DNA from: Phyllosticta citribraziliensis
Taxonomy: Eukaryota
Reading direction: 5' to 3'
Length of the DNA: 64,000 bases
Assembly: GCF_038025025.1 (NCBI RefSeq)
Contig: NW_027117340.1
Location: 1,364,001-1,428,000 of the forward strand
The notes below the pieces were generated by a model. The model searched no databases. It worked only from the letters and a program-made list of their open reading frames with translations, and was not told where the DNA came from. Below are positions 39,094-51,461 of the stretch, one piece after another (the stretch's first letter is position 1; each line of letters starts with the position of its first letter). The position numbers were made by a program, and so were the translations under genes.

Positions 39094-42000
39094 ATTCGCC
39101 AGCAACGCCGCATCCTTGACCGCCTCCGACCCCGGTTGTCAACGCGCCCTTTGTCCCTGTCACCCAATCATCCTATTTTCATTTTCCGCATCATCGCATG
39201 AGGTCACATCATGTCGATTGGTCGGCTGTACCCTTCTTTGTGTCTACCGGAACGTGGCATCCAAGCACGTCACTACTCCAGCTTCATCATTCTTCGGCGA
39301 AACTCTAGCGCTCCCTGACAAGAAACCAACAACCAAGCTGTACACGCTTCACTGGAAGTTCAGGTCTCGTGATGCGTTTTCTCCCTTATTCATTCTGTTC
39401 GCCGCATACTCTTGTCCAGCAAGTCTAGTTTTAACACCTTTCGAGGTTATTTTATTTTATTTCAACATGTGCCTTAAGCTCTGTCGTTTGCTCGAAATTT
39501 CATCGTACGGAGACTGGCAATGAAGTTGCCTAGGACGTGGAGCAGAACTCAACGGACGTGGTCTGGAAGTATAATCCTGATGATCGAGACCGACACACCC
39601 TCTGGCATCGCACTCCATGAGTTCTGCGAAAAACATTCTTCGCAGCGGGGTCGCTGAAGTTGGAAAACACAAGTGAAAGCAAGCAAGCAAGCGTTCTGGG
39701 AAACATCATCGACCGCCCGCCATAATGCTACAGCGTCGTACTGGAAGAAATACCAACTCTTTTCTTCTGCTATATTGGCGGTCCTCGTTTGTCATTTACA
39801 GGTCGATTCTGAAAAGATCCCGAATTTGTTCGTTTTGCTGTTCTTGGGGATCATTCATCCCCCAACCTCCAAACTCACTCGAAAGCCAGGACAGCGGGGT
39901 AGTGAATGTCAACACCGTTGTCCAATCGCTTTGCTGACAATTCATTTCCTCTTTCCAGAACACCCATCGCACGAGCTGTACTGAGCCCGTGTATTTCATA
40001 TCCTGACAGCTGTCGACAACTCGAATCGCCATGACCCAGAATTAAAGACATACTTGGTCTTGCGAAGGCTTGGGATTTCCTTGCCGTGGGGGCAAAGTGT
40101 TCCTGATATTCCAACGAATCCAGGGGAGTAAGGCAATGCAACAAGAGACTGGGGACCAAAGGACTGTCGCAGCAGCAGCAGCAGCAGATTACTTGTGAAA
40201 GGGTAAGAAGGAGCCGCTTCACAGATGATGTTGCAAACGATAAGCACGCGCGGCACCATCTTGCGCGATTCGTCCTCAGTGATGGCCAGCATTTCCCATA
40301 CACACGAAATTCACGATATGGGTACTACCCGAGGCTCATTCAGCTCAGCAATGGCGGCGATGTGGAAAACCAACAAGACGACTTCTCAAACAGTCGTTTG
40401 ACCACAATCTGAGACAAGTCCAAAGACGAGACGCAGATCAAAGTGGGCCAGTAGAGTGCCACTCCATCGATTCGAGGTCGCTGCACATGAGTCCAGAAGC
40501 CACGGCACTGGCATAAAGGATGAGCATTCAGTTACATCGCCGCCAAGACTAACAGTAGAATCTGCTCTTCTCCTTGAGTTGATTTCTCGAGCTGGTTCGT
40601 GCTTCACACGCAATTCTTAGCAGGCACCCGGACGGCCAATCAGTCGTCCAGCCACTTGACCCATCCCAGGTAGCTACCGCTCAAACATCCAACCATCTCG
40701 CACACCCGGGCCCCTCTCGCCCGCAATCCACAAAATGGTCTGTCATGAGCCATCCGATGTCCGCACTGTGGCGCGCTCATGCCCGAAAGCATCGGCCCAA
40801 TTTTTTTCGACACGAAACCTCATCAAGCAGGCGAGCGTCTGGGGAAGCAGGGAGCACAAGAGAAGGATGGCGATTCCGGCAACCGGAAAGCTGTGGCGGG
40901 GGTGGAGGAGGAGAGGGACGCCGCCGCCGCATGTCCCGCACACATTTCGCAGCACGATACGACGTGCGTGCAGCAGAAGGAACAGCTCCGCGGGCTCTGC
41001 GCTGAGACTGCCGATGCGGGTGCGCGTGCGGCGGCTAGAAGTAGCAAGGGCGGCAATTGGCTCAGAGCTGAGGTGGACTCTCGGGATCCAGGGTCTCTGC
41101 CAGTTACGCTCGGTTCTCTACCGCCCTACTTGCAGGCCTGTTTACGTGTGCAGGTGCAGGTGGTCGCTGCTTGGGCTGTGATGACGCAGGCATTTGAGGC
41201 AGCGGTCAGGTAGGTGGACAGGGAGTGACAAGTATTGGTGCGGCTAAAGGAGGGAGCTGAGGAGATGTAGCGCTAATACGGCAGTGCTGTGTACATCGAC
41301 CAGATGAGCACTAGTTCTCAAGAACGAAGCGCAGTCTCTGCTGTATCGACCAAGAAAAAGAAGTCCTCGGCTGATGGTAGTGTGGCAGGGAGCTGGACGC
41401 GCAAGTGTCTGTGGACAAGGTAGATGTCAGCCACGTACCTCATTACTGCAGGCCATGTCCACCAGCAAGCCGCCCTCTGTGCGATGCTCGAACTCGGCTT
41501 TCGTCTGGTCTTGGTGACAGCTGAAGGCACGCGCATACGTACGCGCATACAAAAATGGCTCCAAAAGAAGGAACGAGAAAAAGACACGACATTTGTCCCA
41601 CGCCAAACACAGCGGTTCGTTTAGCAGCACGACCATCATAAGCAACAAGCACAAGCAAAACAGTTGGCAAGCCAGCGAGCCCGACCAGCCTCCGCTCCGT
41701 TCGACCTCCTTACCAAGCTAATAGCCACCTCTGCACCAGTGACGGCTGACGGCAACCATTCGTCCGCTCACCGAGGACTAGCTGAGAAGAGGGAGGGGAA
41801 GGAGGGCAGCACAAGACGGGCGAGCGGGAACCGCGCCCGCGTCAGCGGCGCACTGTTTTCCGGTTGGCTGGCCGCGAACACGCTGCGGGCGAACGCGTTG
41901 GATGCCCGCCACGGGACAGGGATGTACGGGCAACAGTTTGTGTACAGTGTCTTTTATGCCTGCAGGGGAGAAGGGAGGGATGGAGGCAGGGTCAAAAAGC

Positions 42001-44174
42001 GAGTGGTAGAGTGCAAACGAGGACGATGCATGCGGAGCCAGACGGGAAGGGCAAGGTGAGAGAGAGCGGAGAGGGAAGGCCTGGATGATGGGGGCGGAGC
42101 AGCAACAATGCAGCGTGGTAATTGGCGCTACGGGGTGTTATGCAGAAGAGTGAGCTTGATTGCTGTTGAGGGGGGCGTGGAGGCGAGCGCGGGATGACGC
42201 TCCTCCGTCTAGTGGATTTGAAGAAGGCCTCGAGACGTGCGTGTGGAGGGAAGACCTGGGAAAGTGCAGGGGATTGTGCTTGCCTCGTTGAGGCTGGCTG
42301 CGAAATGGTGGGTGGGAGGGGTGGAGAATAGATCGACTGATTGATTGATTGGCGGGAGCTACGGGGATAAAGGTTTGAGGAAGGTGAGTGGACGGCTAGC
42401 TGAGTGATGGACCGATGTCGGGACAGAGGAGATGGGACTACACCTCTGAATGGAATTAGTGCTGCTGAATTGAACGGATGTAAAATGTGAGCAAGCTTTT
42501 CCGTGATTTTAAAGGTGTGGTTAGCTCACTGGAAAGAATCATGACGCAGGCTGCGGTAGTAAGGAAAGAAAATACATACGCGGGAAGAGCGAGCAAAGCC
42601 ATCACTTCAACAGGAGAAAACTTCCCCATGTTAGAGGGGTACATAGACACTCCTTAAGAACAATTTCCATAACTCATATCGCGAGGGAAATCGATTCTGA
42701 TCCTGATAAGCGAAGTAAACAATGTACATTGATCAGATTCAAGCCACTCTGCTCCTAGAAGCCCCCTGACCACTCCGGTCACTCATCCGTACACCCATTC
42801 TGCACCCCCCACTTCCTGAGGGACCAGGAGGAAATTTGTCATACCTCACTCATATCTTCGGGGTCGCTTGCATCGGAGCCTTTCCCGTAGAGGGCTCCGC
42901 GCGATATTTTCGTCAACGACAGGGGAGTGCTTAGCGCAAAGCTGGGCGCGGGACGGAACGAGGAACGAGACGAAGGTAATTGGCAAGCAAAAGCATGGGC
43001 GCGCGTGGCTGGCACGAAAGTGCGGCCAGGGTGAGAGCCAAGTGATAATCTCCTCCCAAGATAAGAGGCTGCTTGCTTGAGGGTTGAGTGGGGATTGGGG
43101 TTAAAGGGGGGTTTCAGGAGAACGTTCGGATTCGAAAGCGGCAATGTTACGAGCGCCATGAAGTCGAGACTGGGAAACCACAGCCGGTAGTTGCGATGGT
43201 GCGGAAAAGGTAAAATAGACGATAAACTAGGCAGGCTTTCGGAGGTTTATCAGAGGCCCGGTGGATAATGTCTACCACCTGTCTCATCAGGGAGTTTGAT
43301 ACTCAAACACTTGAAGCAAACCAGCAACGCTACCACTCAACCGGCTCTGCACGGCGTCCAGAGAGAGAAGAAGAAATCGAGAGACACGATTTGTAAAGCT
43401 TTGGTAAGAAATCGCTCTAGAGCCGCACCCCTGCCTGCCTGCCTACTTGCCTATTTAGCAAGCTACCTAGTTCGCTGGCTCGCATCCGTTCCCGCATTCC
43501 TTCTTCCACCCACCCCAGCAGCCTTTGAGTTCAGGGAGCTCCCAGTTGCTAGCCGCTCACCTCGGAACCCTGTTGTCGACCAGCTGCTTCCCTGTCCTAC
43601 CAGCTAGCTGTACAAGGACCGCCCAGACGCCGACCCAGCGTGGGACATTGTCCGAGCCCCGAACGTGGTCGGGGCCATGGTTGTCGTTTGGCGTTCCTTG
43701 AAGCTGGCAGAAGAGGACCCTGGCAACGACAATCTCCACCAACACGCGTAGACGGGGTGAGGTTAAAAAATAGAAGCAAACAGAGAAATAAAGATGGCAG
43801 CCGCGATGATAGACTTGGAACATGACGGAATAAGTAACGAAATCCCATCCCTTCCGTTCCAATTTGAGCATTGTCCAGTATGTCAAACGTACACAAGTCT
43901 TCTCGGATACGCGCGACTGCTTGCGTTCCTGGCGCGGTCGCGCTCTTTGGACAGCAAGTGTTAACAACAACACGTGCATTCGAGGACCCCTGTTCCACGT
44001 GGCCACGGATTTTATGCTTCCTTAATGGCTACTTGTGCATCAAGAGCTTCATATGCTTTACTAACAGCTGCAGTTGTGCAATTTGCGCGTAGATCAGTGA
44101 TCCCCTGTCGCTTCTCTGTTTTGCCAGCGCCTTCATTCATTGCTGCCGGCGTCGTGTTGATGGTCCTTGCCAAC

Positions 44175-45751
44175 TTAGGCAAAGCCAAGCGCCTCGTTGG
44201 CTTTTCTCAACGTCGCTTTCTCTCCTAGGCTGAGACCAGATGCTTCGTCATCCCATTTGAGCAAGCCCATTGCGCGCAAACCTTCCGGACCCGAATATGC
44301 TGCTGCTTCCTCGACCGTGTGGCGACCAATGTGGTTTGACTCGCCCTCGCCGCCGCCAAAATCTGGCGACGGGATGCCTTCGAGAAAGTTTTGGCGCTGC
44401 TTGGCGAGATACTTGGCATTTTCGACGGTGAGAGGGCACGTGGGGATATAGAGGACTGAAGAGTCAGAAGAACCTGCGTGTACCTTGTCGACGGCGTGGA
44501 TGGTGTCGCAGTGCCAGACGACGTAGTCTCCAGGTTTGACGCGGGGTACGTGCACCATGGTACGGGAAAGATCGAGATGGGGATGCAAAGCTGCGCGCAG
44601 CTCCTGACCGTGCCCGGGAGTCGCTCCTTGGATCCACGACGAGGGCTCCGGCTCCATGGTCCAATTCGAGGGGTCGAGAAATGCAGGCTCAAATACTTCC
44701 GACTTTGGATCAGTCGGGGGCTTCTTGGGCGTGAAAAACGGTCGAAGGAGATAGTAGGCAGTGGCTTTGGCAAGGAGCGGATTGACGAGCAGTGTCCCCT
44801 CAAAAGGCCCCGTATTGCTCATGCTCAACCAGCCCTGAGACATGCGGAACATGCTGCACGCGCCGACTCCAGCGTGTAGATCAGAGATTGCATCAAGCCG
44901 GCAACTGGACTCCCATGGGTCAAATTCTTCCCACTTTCCTTGCCACACAGCATCATAGACACCACCACGGCCATAGCCGGCTGGGTCCCAGCGCTCGACA
45001 CTGCCACCGTCGACGTGCGGTCCAAGAGCGAAGCGTGCATCGCCAGGCAGTCGCATGCGTAGACGGTCAGCGTAGGCAGTGGGGTGCGCAAGCGATACAT
45101 TGGCTGAAGGCAAGCGCGAGTGCCAAAATGACAGAATATATCTCTGTGCTTGGAGGAGATTCGCGTGTGTGCGGGCGCGCATTTGGGCTGGCGACCAGTA
45201 GAGCTCATACACCTGAGGGTTATCAGCAGGGAAAGCTGAGAACGTTAGCGAAAACGAAGACTCGCTGATGCCAAGCACTTGCCTTTGGTGTGCGGGTTTC
45301 TTCTGATGTATTCTCTCAACTCTTCTTTCCAGCCCAAGATCTCCTTTTCGTCGATGACGCCCCTTACAATGGCGACGCCTCTCTTGCGGTGTTCCTCTTC
45401 AAACTGTTTGCTGACTTGTGCCTTGGCAATATCACTGTATTCGACCTCTGGTATGACGTTGCTGCCCGACGCTACTATGGTTGCAACCTCATTTTGAAGA
45501 GTCTTGAGTAAACGGTCCCATGATGCCCGTACGGCGTCCTCGTGACCCGCAATGAGGTTCTTCTTGAGCAGCGCGTAGCTGGGGTCGAGAGGCTTGAACT
45601 CTTGGCCGCTAAGCGAAGCAAAGGCGTCTGAGATGTCGCCGGCGCGTTTCTGGGTCGAAGAAGGTTTGGTGGCGGTGGCGGCTGTCCGAACAAAATTTGC
45701 GGCGGAGGGAATGGCGCGGCGGCGTGCCGGATTCAAGAGAGCAGAGGCCAT
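44175..45751 (-). CDS. DUF1479 / Gig2-like putative Fe(II) oxidoreductase, probably mitochondrial
   Basis: GDISDAFASLSG, NPHTKA|FPADNPQVYELYWS, YADRLRMRLPGD..FALGPHVDGGSVERW and GDYVVWHCDTIHAVD (HxD...H). Arg/Ala-rich N-terminus; one GC-AG intron 45236-45282. Confidence 0.88.
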
Positions 45752-46324
45752 TGTGGACGACCCAAGACGGATTCGGCGCAACGGGGAAAGCAAAGGCGCG
45801 AATACTAGTGGCGGCGCCAACGATAATGGTGAGGAAGATGAGAAGCGAGTTGTCGCGTCGAGCAAGGTGGGAAGAGCATTTTCCTGAGGAGCTTTATGTG
45901 GAGGAGCAGCCTGGAGTGGAGTGCAGTGCGGAGGCGGAGACGGAGAGCTGTTGTCGGAGGTGGAGGTGGAGGTGGAGGGGGAGGCGGGCGGAAGGGATAC
46001 CGGAACAGGCATAGCTGGCCCTAGGCTGCCTGATTTGCTAAGGCTGAGGGGGGCGTGCGGGGCGTAGCTGTCAACGTCTTGTCAACCGGAACGGCAGGCG
46101 GCCCGCCACTTGTCCCATCCGACACTCCAACTACATACCCTACCGCCACGCCACGCCTCCGCCCTGCAGAAACCTTACATCAGAGTTCCGCGTTTGTGAC
46201 GTGCAGCTGGTAGGTCCCACTGCCGCTTCCAGCGCGCCCTTGGGCATCGTCATGCCTGGGCTGCCGTCTGGCTGCGACACTTTTTCTAAGCATTACTCAG
46301 GTACCGGACAGACTCTTCGATACA

Positions 46325-47942
46325 ATGGCGAAAGCAGCCTTGCCAAAAGATTTCCTGTGGGGCTTCGCAACAGCAAGGTCCGTAGATGCAACAGACAGTC
46401 GAGCCATGCTAAAGCAGTCTCAGTTACCAAATCGAAGGCGCAGCGCATGAAGACGGCCGGCTCGACAGCATCTGGGACGTCTTTTGCAGGAAGCCGGGCA
46501 AGATCGCCGACGGTTCCAATGGTGACGTCGCCTGTGACAGTTACCATCGCAGCGGTGATGATATTGCCCTCCTCCAGCTTTGCGGCGCCAAAGCGTACCG
46601 CTTTTCCGTAGCCTGGACGAGAATCATCCCTTTAGGCGGCCGCGCCGACCCTGTCAACCCCTCTGGTCTGTCGTACTACGTAAAGCTCGTCGAAGATCTG
46701 ATCGCCGCCGGGATCGAGCCGGTCGTGACGTTGTTTCACTGGGACTTGCCAGACTCGCTAGAAACTCGTTACGGCGGTTTGCTGAATCGAGACGAGTTTG
46801 TTGCCGATTTTACTCGTTACGCACGCGTTGTCTTCGAGGCGCTGGCCCCCAAGGTCAAATACTGGGTAACTTTCAATGAGCCATGGTGCTCTGCAATCCT
46901 GGGTTACAGCCTTGGTCAGTTTGCGCCCGGGAGAACGAGTGATCGCACCAAGAATCCTGAGGGGGACGCGTCGACAGAACCCTGGATAGCTGGTCACAAC
47001 CTCTTAGTGGCTCACGGCTCGGCCGTCCAAGTATTCAGAGATGAGTTCAAGGAGAGGTTCGGAGGCCAGATTGGAATGACGCTCAATGGTATGCAGAATC
47101 CACGCGTCCAAGCGGACCACTAACTGCCTGTAGGTGATTATGCGTATCCATGGGATCCAGAGGACCCTCGAGACGTTGAGGCGGCGGAGCGAAAGCTCGA
47201 GTTTTCCATGGCATGGTTTGGAGACCCCATATACTTTGGCAAGTACCCTGAGAGCATGCGACAACAGCTCGGTGCGCGGTTGCCCGACTTCTCCGCTGAA
47301 GAGATTGCCTTGGTTCAGAATAGCAACGACTTCTTTGGCATGAACCACTACACGTCGAATTTCGTGCGCCATCTCGACACGCCACCGGACTCGACCGACT
47401 TCGTCGGCAACGTTGCGTGTTCATTTGAGAGCAAGGATGGGGAGATCATTGGGCCTGAGACGCAGAGCCCCTGGCTCAGGCCAAACCCGCTTGGCTTTAG
47501 GAGGTTGCTAAACTGGATCAGTGATCGGTACGGACACCCGACAATCTACGTGACTGAAAATGGCACGAGTGTCAAGGGTGAGAATGAGCTATCGGTTGAG
47601 CAGATTGTCGAGGATGATTTCAGGGCGTCATACTTTCGAGACTACATCTGGGCCTTAGCAGACGCGTACAGCAAGGATGGAGTGGACGTGCGGGGATACA
47701 TGGCTTGGAGTCTCTTGGAGTAAGTTAACGCGCCGCGACGCGCCGTCCCGCTGCCGGCTTGTTGACAGAGCTCGGACTGGTGGCTGACCACGATGCGTAG
47801 CAACTTTGAGTGGGCAGACGGATACGAGACTCGGTTCGGTGTCTGCTACGTCGACTATGAGGGGGGCCAGAGGAGAATCCCAAAAAAGAGTGCCAAGGTT
47901 GTTGGCAAAACGTTCAACACCCTGATAGGAGAGTCGAACTAG
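46325..47942 (+). CDS. GH1 beta-glucosidase, intracellular (no signal peptide)
   Basis: LPKDFLWGFATASYQIEGA, GDVACDSYHR, AYRFSVAWTRIIP, TLFHWDLP, acid/base TFNEP, nucleophile YVTENG and WSLLDNFEWADGYETRFG. Three introns. Confidence 0.96.
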
Positions 47943-50140
47943 GGGTGTCTATTGGACGACAGGCTTGGCCAGTGAAAAGGGGGGTTGCGACGGCATCGAT
48001 GCGTAGATTTCCATTTTGCAGACAGACAGGGCAAGACTGTGCCCCCATCATTGTCTACTGAGTGGCGGTGATGCGGCGAAACGGCATGTTCCAACGGTGT
48101 GTAATGACGAGCTAGTGAGGATCAGGGCGTAGTCCAGGGCTGCGGAACAGGATTCTAGCGCTAGCGTGACCGCTAGTCAGATGTCCCCCTGAAGACGTCC
48201 AGGCTGCGAATGCAGATCGTGTTTCTAGCATGGGTGGGTTTGCTGTAAGATGACGATGGCTGTTGAGCTGATGGGACGCCAGGGCCAGATTCGCAATCAG
48301 TGGTCATGGTTTCAGATGTGGACCTGTTCGAGTAGAGCTTGCAGCCAGTGTCGGCGCAGAGGCAGATGAAAATTGAGTGGACGAGCTGGATTGAGAGCAC
48401 CTTGGGAGCTTTTGGCGTGGACAGAGTTGGGCGGACGCGTCTCCGCCAAAGGTGCTGGCGGTGTTTGGCGGGAGCTGACGGTCTGGCCCTGGACCTTGGT
48501 CTACGGGCAAGTTGATTAGCGCGACAGGGAGCCACAGACGAGGATCTCAGGCCTGACTGTGCACAGGGCGAGCTCAGACGGCGTGTGGAGGAAGTGGCCG
48601 CCAGATCTGCGCTGTGATTGCGACCCAACGTCTGTCAGTGCTCATGGCGACAATATGGCAAACACGAGGGCAGCGGTTTCAAGGCGGTGGATGGAAGACG
48701 TGTTGCAGGTGGAGATGAGAGCGAGGGCAGAGTTTGCGAGGGAGGTGAGGTGTCCAGGATGGCTTTGGGGGGTGGATGGAGGAGGGTGAGGTGGTTGCCG
48801 TGGGAAGTGCGGGTGGGAGGTCGGGTTCGGCTGATTTAGCTCCCGCAGTCTGCCTGAGGCACACGGATTCCGCTCAACCGCTCGTCCTCCCGCCGCCGCC
48901 GCCGCCGCCGCGACATCACCACCACAACCACCGCACCCACCTTGGACCGCGGCGCGCTCCCTGCTCTCGACGGGCACGGCGGAGTTGCGCGTCGGCCACA
49001 CCCTTCGGCCATGGCCTCCCCCGCCCAGCTGGCGAATCAAGGTACGCGAGACGAGGCGGGCTGTCTTCGCTGCTGTTGACCAATTCAGCAACCGGACCAG
49101 GGCCAGGGCTCCCCCAGAACCTGGACTGTGACCGCACTACTTCCTTGTGCACAGGACTGGAGCCCTCAGCTTCGCTTCCTTGTGCCTGGCGATCTCGACG
49201 TCTCGCAGCTCGCGCGGCCATCAAACCAACCCAGGCTCACCACCCACGTGCCGCCATTTTTTTTTCCCACGGCGGTGCTACACTGTCGTCGCGCTGGTGA
49301 CGTGCCGCGGTGTCAATTCGGTCCATCTCTCAGTTTCCCGCCGCGCTTAAGCTCAAGGTGCTCCAGCCTCCAGGATGGCCTCGGTGGGCTCAAAGCCTCC
49401 AGCGCCCATCGTGGTTCCCTGCCTCTGCGCCCGTGTCGAGTGGGATAATGCGTGCCCGTCCCTGTTATGCTTCCGGTCATCTCCACCATCAAAAAAAGTC
49501 GTCTTCGCAACCAATCCCACCGTGCGCGTCGCCAGCTGAGCCTTGCTGAAATGGTGCCGAATTTTCAGGCGTCCCTCGGCCGCTGCATCGTCGACCATGG
49601 CACATGCCGTCGTCGTCATGGCCTCTTCCCTGGTGCCATGGGTTCCTCTGGTCTTGGGCCGCCACCTCAGCATCAGTTCCTTGCCTCTTGCTCTGTCGAC
49701 CCGGCAGCTCGCCAAGCGCCGGCAGGCGTCTCGAAAATTCCAAACTGAAACCCCTTCCCCGCAAATAGACGCACGTGTGCCTACCATCATCTTGGTTTCT
49801 CGGAGCCAGCAAGAGCCTGGCAAGCCTTCTTCACCTCCCGGCGCCAGAGCGTCCTAGTGATCCGTCCTCAGGCATATCTTGCCCTCACCTGATGGTATTA
49901 GTCCCGTCGAGGCCCTGGCCACTAAGCCCTGTTGCACGTCCTATTGATCTCTCTCCAAGAGCTCTATTTCTCCTGATCACCTCTTGATATATTTTATTTG
50001 CCGAACAAGCTTGCTCGTCTCTCCACTCCTCCAATCGTGGCTGCCTCTCCGCCTCCTCTCCGCCGCTGCGATAAATCTTCCGCCGCCGGCTCCCTCCCCA
50101 CACTTTTCGCACCATTCCCACACCGCCCTGCCCGCGCGGA

Positions 50141-51461
50141 ATGTCCATAACCACTATAATAAGGCCGCTTCAGAGTCCTGTCGAGTTTCGGAGTCACCAT
50201 TCAATGAGTAATCAATCCAACCCAAGCATCTCGTCAGTCAAGACGACTCCCTCCTACGAGGGCCAGTCGTCCGACGCCGACTCGAAGCGGACCGTGACGA
50301 ACCCTGCCGGCGCCGCGACCAACAGCGCTGCTGCTACTGCGAGCGCCGCCGCCGCTGCACAGAACCCCAACGTCGGCCAGCCGGGAGCGAAGCGGAGACC
50401 CTCGAGAGCCGGCACTCGGTCTGTGTCGACCCTGACGGCTGCTCAGCTAGAGCGGAAGAGGGCCAACGACCGCGAGGCGCAGCGCGCCATCCGTCAACGC
50501 ACAAAAGACCACATTGAAAATTTGGAAAGACGCGTCGCCGAACTGACGGCGCGCGAGAGTGCAACCGGAAAAATCGACGAAATCCTTTCACGCAACCAGG
50601 ACCTCGAGCAAGAGAATGCAATCCTTCGACAACGCCTCAACCATGCGATGACGGCCCTCGGACAGGGCGGTTACACAGACAACAATGGTACGTCATTTCA
50701 CCTGCATCCCAAAATACAAACTCCTCGACGCTCCGCGCCGGATTTCCTACGCAATTTCATTTTGCTGACCGACACACAACGCAGGCATAGCAAGCGAGAG
50801 CAGCATCCTTGCAAGCGCTGGAACTCATTCACCGACTAACAGAATTCATATCATGAATCAATCACGGCCGTCTTCGACGCCTACCGCGCGTAATGTTCCT
50901 TCAGTCACCGGCGCCAACGCGCCCAGCATCGCGTCCCAGGCAGACCAGTGGCATCACGCCCACGCGAATCCCCACGCCCATGCAGGCTACAGCAATGCGC
51001 CCACGTCGACGGGGGCCGATTCTGCGCCAGCCGTGGAAGTAGCTGCTCCACCGGACCCAATGCGGTGGAGCCCACACGGCCAGCCTGTTAACGCACCTGT
51101 TTCCGTGGCCGAAAACAGCTTGCACCCTGTCGAGCAACACTCGATGGGATACCCCTACGTCATGGACACCAACAGTCGACCACTTCAATCACAATACGAA
51201 CCGTCAAGCCAGCAACTAGGCTACAGTAGCCATCTACCCGTTTCCAACCCTGCTCCGCCGCCTCCTTCCTACCACGACCAGCGTCATCTCACCGTCCAAA
51301 TGCCGAACGCGCAACATTCTTACCAGCAATACCCGCAACCTCAGGGTTACATTCCGTCCTCGTCTCAGCATGGCGACAGCGTTCCAATGATGCAAAGACC
51401 TCCTATGGATAACCAGCAGATGATGTATAGCATCCCGTCCAACGTGAAACCGGAGCAGTGA
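50141..51461 (+). CDS. bZIP transcription factor with a Q/P/H-rich C-terminal region
   Basis: Basic region RSVSTLTAAQLERKRANDREAQRAIRQRTKDHIENLERRVAEL plus zipper. Intron 50688-50784 joins it to the 50853-51461 frame. Start is 50141 or 50204. Confidence 0.88.
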
